A stretch of DNA of 64,000 nt from SAR324 cluster bacterium (GTDB lineage: Bacteria > SAR324 > JACQKK01). The DNA is taken from contig JACZRV010000002.1 of assembly GCA_022574555.1 (NCBI GenBank), positions 21,995-85,994 on the forward strand, read 5' to 3'. The notes beneath the pieces are model-generated. The model saw only the letters and a program-made list of their open reading frames with translations, did not search any database and had not been told where the DNA came from. Shown here in pieces: positions 1 to 8,791 of the stretch; position 1 is the first letter of the stretch, and the number at the start of each line of letters is the position of its first letter. The position numbers were made by a program, and so were the translations under genes.

Positions 1-266
1 ACGCCGGTTGTGATCCTTTCCTCGAGCATATCGAGGATATCCCGGGTGATTGCGCTCGACCGGCGGATACCTTCAATTTGTTCGGGAGTCTTGATCGACG
101 CCGTCGCACGCCGCCGAGGGCCGGCCTCCCGGATGGCCGGCCTCGATCGCGTTTCGGGCTGGGCATTGCCGTCTTGCGCCAGATGGCATTTTTTGTATTT
201 TTGGCCAGATCCACACCAACACGGATCGTTTCGGCCGGGTCTCTTTTGGTCTGGGGCGTCTCGCAT
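1..266 (-). CDS. map: Methionine aminopeptidase type I with an N-terminal SEC-C zinc-finger extension. Partial: the C-terminus runs off the window.
   Basis: Minus-strand translation from the ATG at 266-264 gives MRDAPDQKRPGRNDPCWCGSGQKYKKCHL, a SEC-C motif, followed by ASIKTPEQIEGIRRSSAITRDILDMLEERITTG. The second segment matches the Map N-terminus of E. coli (ISIKTPEDIEKMRVAGRLAAEVLEMIEP). The ORF is open to position 1. Confidence 0.55.
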   Translation of the reverse strand, partial: MRDAPDQKRPGRNDPCWCGSGQKYKKCHLAQDGNAQPETRSRPAIREAGPRRRATASIKTPEQIEGIRRSSAITRDILDMLEERITTG

Positions 267-547
267 GGGGAAGCCTGGTGGGGAGAATGAACTCAAGATT
301 ATTTCCGAGCCGTCTTGCGGCAGCGGGTTCGTATCGCGCAACCGGAATATTGAGCCGGTGAAAACGCGGGAACGTGGAAGATGCTACTGATCTAAACGCT
401 ATCAGAGGATTTCCGACATTTCAATCGTCGTTAGATTCGCTACCACCTGCGGGTGATCCAGGCCAATTTTCCAGAGGCGCGGGCAGAAAAGGGATCAGCC
501 CACCCCATATGGTATTTCGGCAGGGAAACTGAAAACTTAAAAAGATA

Positions 548-1129
548 TTGACGGCGAATATTCACAGGCGGACGGTCCTACTGGCTTGGGTGTGCTATGT
601 CCCGATGATCGCTTCGGTCTTCCTGGTTCGTGAACCGGGCGGTCTGCGCATTTCCGACTGGGCATTGCTGACCGAGGGATTTGGAGCCGCGGCATTGGTG
701 GCCACAGGGGTGATGGCCTTTTCCCGCTGGAGCTCGCGCCGCACGGAATGGGGCCGGGACCTATCCCGGGAATTCCATGATTTCCTCGGTGGCTTGAGCT
801 CCCGGCAAATCCTCGTTTTGTCGCTGCTGTCGGCATTTGGCGAAGAGATCCTGTTCCGCGGCGTGATGCAACCCCGTCTCGGATTTTGGCCCACCGCCGC
901 GCTTTTCGCCGGGTTTCATTTTCCGTTTCGCCGGCGGATGGTGCCATGGACGGTATTCGCCGGGGTATTGGGTATCGTTTTGGGCGGTCTCACCGAATGG
1001 TGCGCTTCGTTGTGGCCGCCGATCGCGTTACATTTCGCGATCAATTATTTCAACATCCATGATCTGGCGGGATACCCCCCGCGGGAGGAGACGATCTCCG
1101 GGGAAGCGCAACCGCCTTCAACGCCCTGA
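548..1129 (+). CDS. CPBP-family intramembrane metalloprotease (CAAX protease / Abi domain).
   Basis: Multi-pass hydrophobic protein. It carries the EEILFRG motif and the later FHxxxN and HFAIN motifs typical of CPBP/Abi proteases. Confidence 0.7.
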   Translation: MTANIHRRTVLLAWVCYVPMIASVFLVREPGGLRISDWALLTEGFGAAALVATGVMAFSRWSSRRTEWGRDLSREFHDFLGGLSSRQILVLSLLSAFGEEILFRGVMQPRLGFWPTAALFAGFHFPFRRRMVPWTVFAGVLGIVLGGLTEWCASLWPPIALHFAINYFNIHDLAGYPPREETISGEAQPPSTP

Positions 1130-1436
1130 CGACGCAGGAATCTCCGCTGGCGACCGATGATTGGGTGCCCAACCCGGTCCCGATTTGGCAGGCGCCAGCT
1201 CCCGCTACGCCATCCAGGCCGCCATCGTCCTAGGCGAGCGCCTGGGGATTGCCCCGGACGAGATTCAGGATTTCCTGGGCCGGGAAACGGGGCTGAAATC
1301 CTATGCGGTACTGGGCCGAATCAATCGCTGTAGTGGAACCTACGGATTTCGCGACGATAACCCGCATAAATGGCACAATGATATAAACCTGAATAGGCCA
1401 CGGCCCATTAGACCCTAACTAGGTTGTAGAGGAATT

Positions 1437-1967
1437 ATGAAGCGTCTTCGGCTTTCCATTGCGTTATCCTTTCTTGCAGCGATCACTGCGGTTTCGGCCC
1501 TCGGCGCCGCCGAGACGGTCAAGCCTTTCCGATTGGCGGATCAAGCGGGCCATCCGACCGTCATCGATCGGTCCGATAGATATACGCTGATTACTTTCTA
1601 TCGGGGTGACTGGTGACCCCCTTGCATCGAGCAATTGGTGCAATTGCAAAAATGGCAGTCAGAGTTCAGCGGATTATCGACCCGAGTGGTTGCGATCACC
1701 ACCGACTCTGTCGCCAAGAATGAGCGCATCGCGCAGAGGATTCACATCACCTTTCCCATACTTTCAGATCCGGATGGTTCGACCTTGATGGATCTGGGGA
1801 TGTGGGACGACCGGTGGAAGATTGCATCCTATGGCTATTACCTGCTAGATGAAAATCTCAACGTAGTGAACCATCGGCGTGGTTCCTGGAAACCGACGGA
1901 CCGTGTCAAGGCATTTTTTATGAAAACCATCGCCGATGCCATGGTGAAATCCGCTACCGGCGGGTAG
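1437..1967 (+). CDS. Periplasmic thioredoxin-fold redoxin, peroxiredoxin/AhpC-TSA-like, with an in-frame TGA at 1614-1616 read as selenocysteine in a W-U-P-P-C motif.
   Basis: ATG at 1437 with a signal peptide (MKRLRLSIALSFLAAITAVSALGAAE). The region ITFYRGDW-TGA-PPCIEQLVQLQKW places the TGA exactly where the first Cys of a CxxC redox motif should be. The frame stays open and redoxin-like to 1967 (VVAITTDSV...FPILSDPDGS). Hairpin GCAAT-TGGTGCA-ATTGC at 1631-1647, 15 nt after the TGA. Confidence 0.7.
1631..1647 (+). promoter_or_regulatory. Candidate bacterial SECIS-like hairpin downstream of the UGA at 1614.
   Basis: gcaattggtgcaattgc forms a 5-bp stem with a G/U-containing loop, 15 nt 3' of the in-frame TGA. 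Confidence 0.45.
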
Positions 1968-2049
1968 TTGGATTGACCGCACATTGTGCGGAGCCGCGGA
2001 AATCAAAGGGGCTCATCCCCCGGCTGGCAGCCATCATTGACCATCGCCG

Positions 2050-2673
2050 TTGGATTGCCGGGAAGAGGTCTGCATGTCATTGAGAAAAGTGATCAAGTCC
2101 GGCTTTATCGCCGGTATCCTGGCGGCGCTGGTGTTGCTTGCGTTTCAGCCGCAGCCAGGGTGGGGCATCAAGATTCTCCCGCCAATCAAGATGGCACGCA
2201 GGCCCATGCCGGAGTTCACCAATCAGCATCCGGATGCCTGGGTCAATTCCCGTCCTCTCCAAGTGGCGGACCTCAGGGGAAAGGTAATCCTCATCAAGGT
2301 CTGGACCACCTCGTGAATTAACTGCATTCGCAGCATCCCGTGGGTCCATGGGCTAGAGGAAAAATACGGCGGGCAGGGCCTAATCGTCATTGGGATTCAT
2401 AGCCCCGAGTTTGAGTTCGAAAAGGATCGGGGCCGTGTGGAGCGGTTTGCCCGGAAGTTCAAGATGTCCAATCCCGTCTATATCGACAACGACTTCGCCT
2501 ACTGGAAGGCCCTGAAGAACGAGTACTGGCCGGAATTCTATCTGGTGGACCGCCAGGGCATGATCCGCGGTAAGATCCTCGGCGAAATGCGCGACGAAAC
2601 CGAACGGGCGAAGCGATTCGAATTCGTCCTGAAGGAACTCCTGAAAGAAGAATACCCTGCGGCCACGAAGTAG
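2050..2673 (+). CDS. Membrane-anchored TlpA/DipZ-like thiol:disulfide oxidoreductase with an in-frame TGA at 2314-2316 read as selenocysteine (S-U-I-N-C). The start may be 2074.
   Basis: ORFs 2050-2316 and 2437-2673 are in the same frame and are joined by a single TGA. The sequence KVILIKVWTTS-TGA-INCIRSIPWVHGLEEKYGGQGLIVIGIHSPEF...WPEFYLVDRQG matches the FWTYSCINC motif of DipZ C-terminal / redoxin domains, with Sec replacing the first Cys. There is an N-terminal TM anchor. Confidence 0.7.
2322..2352 (+). promoter_or_regulatory. Candidate SECIS-like hairpins downstream of the UGA at 2314.
   Basis: ctgcattcgcag (2322-2333) is a 4-bp stem. cccgtgggtccatggg (2337-2352) is a 6-bp stem with a G·U pair and a GGUC loop. 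They lie 6 and 21 nt after the TGA. Confidence 0.35.
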
Positions 2674-2840
2674 CGCGCTCCATCTCCTTCCAGCGTCCCG
2701 CCCATCACGCCGGGAACCCCACCTATCCAGCCTATCGCGGCAGCCTTGCAAGAAGCAGCCGTTCACATCCGGCACCACCGTTCACATCTGGAACCACCAT
2801 TCATCGTCCGCGGCCGCACCCCCCGGCGATCGGCCCGCGG

Positions 2841-3728
2841 TCACGACGCCGGCGGCCGGTAGCGGTAAAAACTTTCCAGGATCGCCTGGAGCTGGCCACG
2901 GTCGCCGGCCGGGGCGCATCCTTGGGGGTGGGTGGCGATGCGGCAGAGATCGGCGAACCACTTGTCCTGCCGGGAGATGTTGAATCCGATGGTATTGACG
3001 GTCACCAGGGGAAATTTTTCCTTGGCCTTTAGCACCGAGTCCAGGGTGTAGCGGCTCTTGCCCCAATCCTCGCCGTCGGAGATCACCACGAGCACGGGGA
3101 ACCGCTCACCCGAGCGGTAAGCGGCCTGGTCGCGGCGTTCCGCGAAGATTTCCAAGGATCTGATGATCGCCTGGTAGAGATTGGTGCCGCCCGCGGTTTT
3201 TAACTTGTCTATGGCCTGAATGAGCCGCTCGCGGGTGCGGGAGCCCGGCCGGCCCACGCGGACGAAACCGCTGCGGGTCTCCCCAGGCATCTTCAGCTTG
3301 TGCAAGCGGGTGTTGAACGCCCAGATTTGCGCCCTCGTCTGATCCGACATGCCCTCCACGACCTGTTTCAAGGCGCTCTTGGCCGCCAGCAGCAGGGTGC
3401 CGCTCCCGCCGGGAGCGCGATTGAGCATGGAGTCGGACGTATCGAGCAGAATCACCACGGCCGGATAGCGCGGCCGCTTGGCGGGTTCAGACGGCGGGGC
3501 GCGACGGGCAGCGGGGGGAGGGGGAGGGGCCGGTTGCGGCTGGAGCACCGGTTCCTCGACCGCCGGCGGGGGTGGCGGCTCCGGCTCCGTCACGAACTGG
3601 GTGCCTTCCTCGGAGATGATGTCCTGTTCCAACCCCTGGGCCTGAACCTGCCCGGCGGTCAGCCAACAGACCGAGACGAGACCCGCGAAGGCGCTTGCGA
3701 CAAGTCTAACCGTCATCACCATTCTCAA
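2841..3728 (-). CDS. Secreted von Willebrand factor A (VWA) domain protein with a proline-rich linker.
   Basis: Signal peptide, PPPPP-rich segment, MIDAS motif DTSDSM, and a VWA-like core (LVVISDGEDWG). Confidence 0.75.
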   Translation of the reverse strand: MRMVMTVRLVASAFAGLVSVCWLTAGQVQAQGLEQDIISEEGTQFVTEPEPPPPPAVEEPVLQPQPAPPPPPAARRAPPSEPAKRPRYPAVVILLDTSDSMLNRAPGGSGTLLLAAKSALKQVVEGMSDQTRAQIWAFNTRLHKLKMPGETRSGFVRVGRPGSRTRERLIQAIDKLKTAGGTNLYQAIIRSLEIFAERRDQAAYRSGERFPVLVVISDGEDWGKSRYTLDSVLKAKEKFPLVTVNTIGFNISRQDKWFADLCRIATHPQGCAPAGDRGQLQAILESFYRYRPPAS

Positions 3729-4276
3729 TTCCAGTACCCCGTGTCATGGCACCCCCGACCTTCAGACCGGCCTCCGCGATCATCACAAGCGGCCCTGGGA
3801 AATGCAAGATCGGCCGCGAAAGCCATGAGTCTCGCCCGCCGCAAAGCCCCTGGCCGCGATTAGCCGCAAATGGCCGAAACCACGGAAGCAACGCCGCCCG
3901 CTGATCTCCGAGCGGGGGCCGCCAAGCCCTATAATTTACGATGTACCCGACGGTTATATTGTGGGAAACGCCTCCCGATTGGCCAGTCGTGCGGGTCGAA
4001 GAGTCGCAGCCCTTTCCCCCGCCGATGGTTCGATTTGATTCTGAAACCCGTATTTTTCACACTTCGGGGCACCGTGGAGATGCGAGCGTCTGCGATATCC
4101 CCGAACCCGCCAGTAACCCGCCCGAGTGCAATGCCGCCTAAATGGTGATCCGGAGCGTCCGGAATTACGCCAGTGCGAAAAACATTGCGTGATTTTCAGG
4201 GATGCTCTAGATTTATGGAAACTGATGACCGCCATGGTTGCGCGATTGACCGTGGCTTGAGAGACGGGAATCCGCA

Positions 4277-4663
4277 TTGAAACTGAAAAAACATTACTTC
4301 GCCTTATTGGCTTTGGGCACTGTTTGCATCGTGCTGTGGTGTCAGAGCCTGAGCGCCGCAGCTCATCATATCCCGGCCCACGCGGCCGCCGCACCGCACC
4401 ATGAATCCCACCCCACCCCGGTGGCGCCAACCCCGGAGGAAGGCGATTGCCCGATGCCAGATTGCGGCCGAACGTTCACCATCTCGGCCCATTCTGTGAC
4501 GCTGCCCGCCCCGGTGGAGTTAAACAGCAGCGTCAATTTGGAGCTTCGGGCCACGGCGCGCTATTACAGTATTTCACATCACGTCGTTCACAAATTCGCC
4601 CTCCACGAGAACGAACCCCCTAATAGTTCCCTGGTGCAGCAGGCGGTTCTGATCCGCATTTAG
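4277..4663 (+). CDS. Small secreted His-rich protein of unknown function, possibly copper-related.
   Basis: TTG start with a signal peptide. HHIPAHAAAAPHHESHP and a CPMPDC motif. It lies immediately upstream of the multicopper oxidase. Confidence 0.4.
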   Translation: MKLKKHYFALLALGTVCIVLWCQSLSAAAHHIPAHAAAAPHHESHPTPVAPTPEEGDCPMPDCGRTFTISAHSVTLPAPVELNSSVNLELRATARYYSISHHVVHKFALHENEPPNSSLVQQAVLIRI

Positions 4664-4827
4664 CCCCACCAATCTGATCGCGACCAGACCGAGCCCCGGC
4701 CGTCGCACGACCTCGCCTTGCCCCCAAGGTGCGTCTCTGCGGCGCTTCCCGGCGGATTTTCGCGGATCGTGCGCTTGGCCGCTGGTTTCGTTCTGCCGAC
4801 AAAGCCCATTCAATCCGGAGTTAATCG

Positions 4828-6141
4828 ATGAATTGGAATCGACGAGATTTTTTCAAGAAGGCAGCGGCCTTTGCCGGCGTCGCCGCCGCGGGCGCGGCTT
4901 CGCTGAGTAGGCAGGCCCGTGGGCAAGAGCAACACGACGGTGACCACGTTATGCCGGAAATGGAACAGCCCGAAATGGAACACGACGGCATGGCCGGCGC
5001 CGCGATGGCTGGCGGAGAAGATTACCTGGGAGGGCAGGGGAGCATGATGTTCATGCGCGGACACAACATGATCGGGGCGTTCACCGAGCCCCCCGGTGCG
5101 CCTGCCGACGACGAGGTGGACTACCGCACATTCCGCCTCAACTTCGAGATCGCCGAGCACGAATTGTTGCCCGGAATCACGTTCAAGGCGTTCGCGTTCA
5201 ACGGCCAGATCCCAGGGCCGGAGTTCCGGGTGCAGGAAGGCGAGTGGATCAAGGTGGAAGCCACGAATCGCACCGAGGAGATGCATACCATCCACTGGCA
5301 TGGGGTCGATGTGCCCTACACCATGGACGGCGTGCCCATGATTACTCAGGACCCCATCCATCCGGGCGAAACCTTCGTCTATCGTTTCCAGGCCCGGCCG
5401 GCGGGTACCCGGTTCTATCATTGCCATTGGGGCACGCCCCTGCACATGAGCAGCGCCCTTCACGGCGCATTCATCATCGAATCGGACGACGACCCCATCC
5501 GCCGGGACTATCCCTACAAGCGGGATTACACCCTGGTGCTGGAATCGTGGGATATCGATTTCACTCGCCGGGAAATCAACGCCCTGCTGAAAGGGATGAA
5601 ACAAGTGAACCGGCTGATGGCACAGGGCCGGCTCTCTCCGGCGACCCACGGGTTCTTCCGCAACTTTGCGGAATTCAAAAAGGTCGTGGATTCCGGCGAT
5701 TACATCCCACCTTACGTTCGGGGCGCGGCGCCTTTCCGGCGCTGGCAGCCCAACTTCTTCGGCATCAACGGCAAGTGCTATCCGGCAGTGGATCCACGGT
5801 CGCTCTTGAAGATCAAAGAGGGGGAATGGATCCGCGTGCGGATCATCAACGGGGGCATGGGGCTGCATCATCTTCATTTGCACGGCCACCAATTCGTCCA
5901 CGTCGCCCAAGACGGCAATCCCCTGGAACATCCGCTACGCCTCAACACGATCTCGATCTTTCCGGGCACGACCGCGGACATCATGATCTACGGCGACAAT
6001 CCGGGGTTTTGGACCTTCCACGATCACAATACGCTGCACGCACAGAACAACGGCATCTATCCCGGCGGAATGATCACCCTGCTGATTTACGAGGGCATGG
6101 AGTCCCCGCCCTACGTGCCATCTGTCTCGCTGATCCAATAA
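4828..6141 (+). CDS. Tat-secreted multicopper oxidase, probably of the two-domain type.
   Basis: Twin-arginine signal (RRDFFKKAAAFAG). Copper-ligand motifs HWHG, HCHWGTPLHM, HHLHLHGHQF and FHDHNTLH. Met/His-rich N-terminal segment. Confidence 0.85.
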   Translation: MNWNRRDFFKKAAAFAGVAAAGAASLSRQARGQEQHDGDHVMPEMEQPEMEHDGMAGAAMAGGEDYLGGQGSMMFMRGHNMIGAFTEPPGAPADDEVDYRTFRLNFEIAEHELLPGITFKAFAFNGQIPGPEFRVQEGEWIKVEATNRTEEMHTIHWHGVDVPYTMDGVPMITQDPIHPGETFVYRFQARPAGTRFYHCHWGTPLHMSSALHGAFIIESDDDPIRRDYPYKRDYTLVLESWDIDFTRREINALLKGMKQVNRLMAQGRLSPATHGFFRNFAEFKKVVDSGDYIPPYVRGAAPFRRWQPNFFGINGKCYPAVDPRSLLKIKEGEWIRVRIINGGMGLHHLHLHGHQFVHVAQDGNPLEHPLRLNTISIFPGTTADIMIYGDNPGFWTFHDHNTLHAQNNGIYPGGMITLLIYEGMESPPYVPSVSLIQ

Positions 6142-6168
6142 TCAATTCCCGCCCGCCGGAGGACGACG

Positions 6169-7383
6169 ATGAAACGGAAGTTCTTATTTTTACTCGCCGG
6201 GCTCGCTTTACTGGCGTTTCCGGCCCAAGCACTCGAAGTCGACGAGGTCTCCCTGCCGCGCATTCAATTCGAGGGAGAATTCATCAGCACGATCGACTAT
6301 TTCGAACAGCCCGGCGCCAAGACCGGACCCCGGCTCGCTCCGAACACCAATGACAACAACGTTATTTTCGCATTCGACAAACACCTCTGGAACAGTTCAA
6401 TCGTCGCAGGCATCGTCACGCGAATTCGCCTCGAGGACAACGAAGCGCAGCCCAGGCTGTTCGGGTTCCTGGGCGCCCCGCGATATCGCATCAGCGCGGG
6501 AACGATGCGCCTCCGCAACAACCTGGTGCGCTTCCCCACGGCCCGCGAAGAAGATTTGCTGACTTATACGAACGTCCTGAACGGCTCCCTGGGATTCGAG
6601 ATCGAGGACGATCCAGAGCATCTGTTCGGAGACAACATCGTTTTCGAGTGGTTCTTCCGCCCGTCCTTTTGGCGCGCCGCGGTGTTCTCGGAGAATCGGA
6701 CGCAGACTAAAGTGGAAGACTTCGCGTTGAGAAAGGATGCCCCACCCAACACCCTGGGCTTCTCCATTTCCTACGAAGTCCCGGACGCGGTGAAGTACGA
6801 CTATGTGTTGCGCCGCTTGGGATTCATCTATGACGCCCAAGCGTTGGATCGGCGATCCGGCGACGCGGCGCAATTGTCCAGTCTGCTTCTGGGAGGCGTC
6901 CTGGCCCTCAACGACAATCCAGAGTTCCCCTGGGAGGGCGCGTTCCAGGTCATCACGACCGCGGGCCTCGACGACAGAGATAGCAGCGGTAACGAGGTCG
7001 GCGCGCAGGCCGAAGGTGAACTGAGCCGGGAGGCGGCTACCGCCACGGTATTGTCAGTATTTTACGCCAACCGCAAATACCTCCGCACGCGCTGGGATGT
7101 GGCGCTCACTCTCGCGCGGAAATCCTACCCGGATATCTCCGGCGGAGCTCAATGGACGGCCGCGCCCACGTATCGCTATGCCTTGAGTTCGGGCGTGCAC
7201 CTTATCGCGCAGGTGATCTATACCGATTACGGCGATGGCCTCGCCGAAATCATCGGGCGCGACCGCGACTACCGGATTCAGGTGGGCGTCACGATGTTCG
7301 TCGAGCAGGCGGTGAACGACGAGGTGGTCGACTACGACAGCATCCTCGAGATGGAGCAGGGCAGCCTGTTCCGGGGGTATTAG
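6169..7383 (+). CDS. Secreted protein, possibly an outer-membrane beta-barrel, of unknown function within the copper cluster.
   Basis: Signal peptide. Alternating hydrophobic pattern and a C-terminal aromatic residue (…LFRGY). Lies 27 nt downstream of the MCO. Confidence 0.5.
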   Translation: MKRKFLFLLAGLALLAFPAQALEVDEVSLPRIQFEGEFISTIDYFEQPGAKTGPRLAPNTNDNNVIFAFDKHLWNSSIVAGIVTRIRLEDNEAQPRLFGFLGAPRYRISAGTMRLRNNLVRFPTAREEDLLTYTNVLNGSLGFEIEDDPEHLFGDNIVFEWFFRPSFWRAAVFSENRTQTKVEDFALRKDAPPNTLGFSISYEVPDAVKYDYVLRRLGFIYDAQALDRRSGDAAQLSSLLLGGVLALNDNPEFPWEGAFQVITTAGLDDRDSSGNEVGAQAEGELSREAATATVLSVFYANRKYLRTRWDVALTLARKSYPDISGGAQWTAAPTYRYALSSGVHLIAQVIYTDYGDGLAEIIGRDRDYRIQVGVTMFVEQAVNDEVVDYDSILEMEQGSLFRGY

Positions 7384-7479
7384 GGCTTCGATCCCAAGGC
7401 GTTACCGGAAACACAATCGTGGCGGCGGACCGGGGTTTGCGCCCGCCGCCCTCGATCAACCCAATGGAGGATCACGACG

Positions 7480-8292
7480 ATGATTCCGCACATGATAATT
7501 CCGTTACTTGGGGCTTCCCTGGCCCTGGGATTATGGCTGAACCCAATTTCCGTGCAAGCCGAGGAGGGACACGAGCATGAGGCCTCCGCCGCTGCCGAAG
7601 AACACGAGGAGCAGATGGGTGCCGAAGAAGGCGGGCACGGGCACGAGATGAAAGCCGAGGACAGGAAGCACGAGATGCACGAGAAGGAAGCCGGAGGGCA
7701 CGAGCACGAGATGGAAGCCGAGGCCGAGGGGCATGGGCACGATGAAATGCCCGGTCACGACGCCATGGGTGGCGAAGCCCACATGGACGATGATCGCCTG
7801 GAAATAGACGATGGCCTTGTCCGCGCCAAGTGGTGCCGCGAAACGCTGCTCGAAGGAAAGCTGATGCTGGACGAGACGCAAACTCGGCACTGTATGGCCC
7901 TTGTCTCGCGCCACGAGGGCGCCGGAGGGAATGTGATCGTCGTGCGCATGACCGCCAGCGCGGACAACACGGTCAACCGCTTCGATCCGGCACGGGTGGA
8001 GATCCGGCGTGGCGATACCGTGCGCTGGGTAATGGACTCGGGACCCGTTCACAACGCGGTGGCCTACCCCAACCGCATTCCGTACACGTCCCTCCCTTTC
8101 GAGGGTCCGCTGCTGACCAAGGTGGGGGACGCCTGGAGCCAGACCTTCTTCTTTCCAGGAACTTACGAATACCATTGCCACCCCCACGAGGCCCTGGGAA
8201 TGCGCGGCGTCGTGATCGTGGAGCGGGAATCCCGTCCCGACGAGTTCCGCAAGATACGGGGCGGCGGCGAGGCCGCGCATGCGCACCATTGA
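7480..8292 (+). CDS. Blue-copper cupredoxin (plastocyanin/pseudoazurin-like) with a His/Glu/Met-rich N-terminal extension.
   Basis: Signal peptide. Repeated GHEHE/HEM motifs. Type-1 Cu site YEYHCHPHEALGMRGVV. Confidence 0.8.
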   Translation: MIPHMIIPLLGASLALGLWLNPISVQAEEGHEHEASAAAEEHEEQMGAEEGGHGHEMKAEDRKHEMHEKEAGGHEHEMEAEAEGHGHDEMPGHDAMGGEAHMDDDRLEIDDGLVRAKWCRETLLEGKLMLDETQTRHCMALVSRHEGAGGNVIVVRMTASADNTVNRFDPARVEIRRGDTVRWVMDSGPVHNAVAYPNRIPYTSLPFEGPLLTKVGDAWSQTFFFPGTYEYHCHPHEALGMRGVVIVERESRPDEFRKIRGGGEAAHAHH

Positions 8293-8791
8293 TGGATCAT
8301 TCGCCGCTTCGGTCCATTGGCGCAGGGCAACCGCAAAGTCCCCAACCGCCCATCCCCCGGTTTGATTATAAGCGGTGCGAAGAGCCTGGAGCGTCGCTTC
8401 CCTGGCCTGTCCCGGCTATTCCCGGACATTTTCGGCCTGGGTCTGGGCAGCGGCCGGAACTTCGGTTACAATGGAGAACGAATGGAGGGTTGCTCCTCCG
8501 CCTGAACCATCCTTCGACAGGCTCTGGACAAACTTAGGGCAGGCGTTGGACGGATAGGGCCACACCGCCGCCGAATTTTACAAAACGAAGCCAATTTGAT
8601 TTATAATATCAGTGCATAACATTTCATCCCGGCGCGTCGGCGGGCGCGGGCGTCCCCGCCCCGCCTCCGGCCAGGCGCGGTTGATGTAACGGTTTGCGAG
8701 GGCTTGATCCAGTAGAATTTTGCGCATGGGATTTCCTGCAATTGTCGCCAATCGGTTGGTGGAAGCTCGAATTGAAATATTCGGGTCTTGT

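Noticed and set aside
1161-1418. 85-aa ORF downstream of the CPBP protease gene.
   Set aside because: No motif, no RBS context that I could recognise, and an atypical composition. It is left unannotated as probably non-coding.
3863-4276. Small ORFs (3870-4148, 3941-4141) in the 550-nt gap upstream of the His-rich gene.
   Set aside because: They overlap in different frames and have no motifs. The region more likely holds the promoter or leader of the copper cluster.
4810-5931. Long antisense or alternative-frame ORFs overlapping well-supported genes. Examples are 4810-5931(-), 5244-6353(+), 8937-9737(-), 17797-19083(-), 20382-21404(-), 40521-43016(-), 48803-50290(-) and 50351-52453(-).
   Set aside because: They are typical of GC-rich DNA, where stop codons are rare in all frames. 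Their translations are low-complexity (R/G/P/A-rich) and lack motifs. The overlapping genes have strong homology support.
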